5,864 nt of DNA, taken from the IMG/VR virus record IMGVR_UViG_2778261567_000003, one strand, 5' to 3'. Shown here piece by piece: positions 5,461 through 5,864 of this stretch; the stretch's first letter is position 1, and each line of letters starts with the position of its first letter. Both the position numbers and the translations under genes were made by a program. Origin of the DNA: a virus. Lineage: Duplodnaviria; Heunggongvirae; Uroviricota; Caudoviricetes. The notes beneath the pieces are model-generated. The model did no database searches, had not been told where the DNA came from, and saw nothing but the letters and a program-made list of their open reading frames with translations.

Positions 5461-5864
5461 ATGAATCGCGCTTCCCTGATTACCTTAATACATGTCGCAA
5501 AACGCGATCTACAGCTTGACCGGGAGACCTATACATCCGCGCTGCTGGCAGCCACCGGCAAAACCAGCTGCCGGGATATGTCACCGGATGAGTTATCCCG
5601 CGTGCTGGATGTTTTAAAAAAACGCGGTTTTAAAGTGCGCCAGAAGCCGGTTAACCGGGCCTTAAAACCGGGTACGGTGACCGCCAAAATTCGTGCCATC
5701 TGGAAGGTGATGCACCGGCAGGGCTTTATCTCTGATGGTGCGGAAACCGCTCTTAACCGCTGGGTGAAATCGCAGACGGCCGCGCAGAACGGCGGCGAAG
5801 GTGTGGCAAACTGGCAGTGGCTGGAGCAACACCCCGCCCTGGCCTCAGATGTGCTGGAGCGTCT
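5461..5864 (+). CDS. gemA: GemA/gp16-like protein (Mu-like prophage DUF1018 family), 3'-truncated by the window edge
   Basis: ATG at 5461 with GGAG at 5449..5452. Translation MNRASLITLIHVAKRDLQLDRETYTSALLAATGKTSCRDMSPDELSRVLDVLKKRGF... fits my recollection of the GemA/gp16 N-terminal pattern, and its position downstream of gam matches Mu synteny. Open to the end of the window. Confidence 0.72.
   Translation, partial: MNRASLITLIHVAKRDLQLDRETYTSALLAATGKTSCRDMSPDELSRVLDVLKKRGFKVRQKPVNRALKPGTVTAKIRAIWKVMHRQGFISDGAETALNRWVKSQTAAQNGGEGVANWQWLEQHPALASDVLER

Larger units (their letters stand above)
1..5864 (+). mobile_element. Mu-like transposable prophage, early/semi-essential region (internal segment; no prophage ends in window)
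   Basis: Gam-like protein at 1616..2146 and GemA/gp16-like protein at 5461..5864 in the same orientation and order as in phage Mu; dense unidirectional small genes with overlapping stop/start codons between them. Established knowledge: Mu early operon order is B - kil - ... - gam - ... - gemA - mor. Confidence 0.75.

Noticed and set aside
1-5864. CRISPR arrays, tRNA/rRNA genes, transposon terminal repeats, attachment sites
   Set aside because: No regularly spaced direct repeats, no cloverleaf-like or rRNA-like segments, and no Mu end sequences were evident; the window appears to be wholly internal to the prophage.

Overview
This window reads as the early (semi-essential) region of a Mu-like transposable prophage in an enterobacterial-type genome. 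Two anchors are recognisable from the translations: a Mu Gam-like host-nuclease inhibitor (1616..2146) and a GemA/gp16-like protein (5461..end, truncated by the window edge). Nearly all credible genes are on the + strand, tightly packed, with Shine-Dalgarno motifs and frequent stop/start overlaps (ATGA, TAATG), consistent with one long early operon. Between gam and gemA lies about 3.3 kb of unrecognised cargo. Its core is a four-gene, translationally coupled cassette (2231..4416) that includes a winged-helix-like protein and a protein built from three internal HTH/Myb-like repeats; this is my best candidate for an undescribed accessory module (anti-defence, defence or host takeover), but its function cannot be assigned from sequence alone. 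Downstream are several micro-ORFs including a 46-aa 4xCxxC zinc-ribbon protein, a single opposite-strand ORF with a good RBS, and a strong terminator-like hairpin immediately upstream of gemA. Upstream of gam are two adjacent diverged paralogous small genes. No tRNA, rRNA, CRISPR array or transposon end was detected. All homology statements are from memory of protein families and need confirmation by database search.
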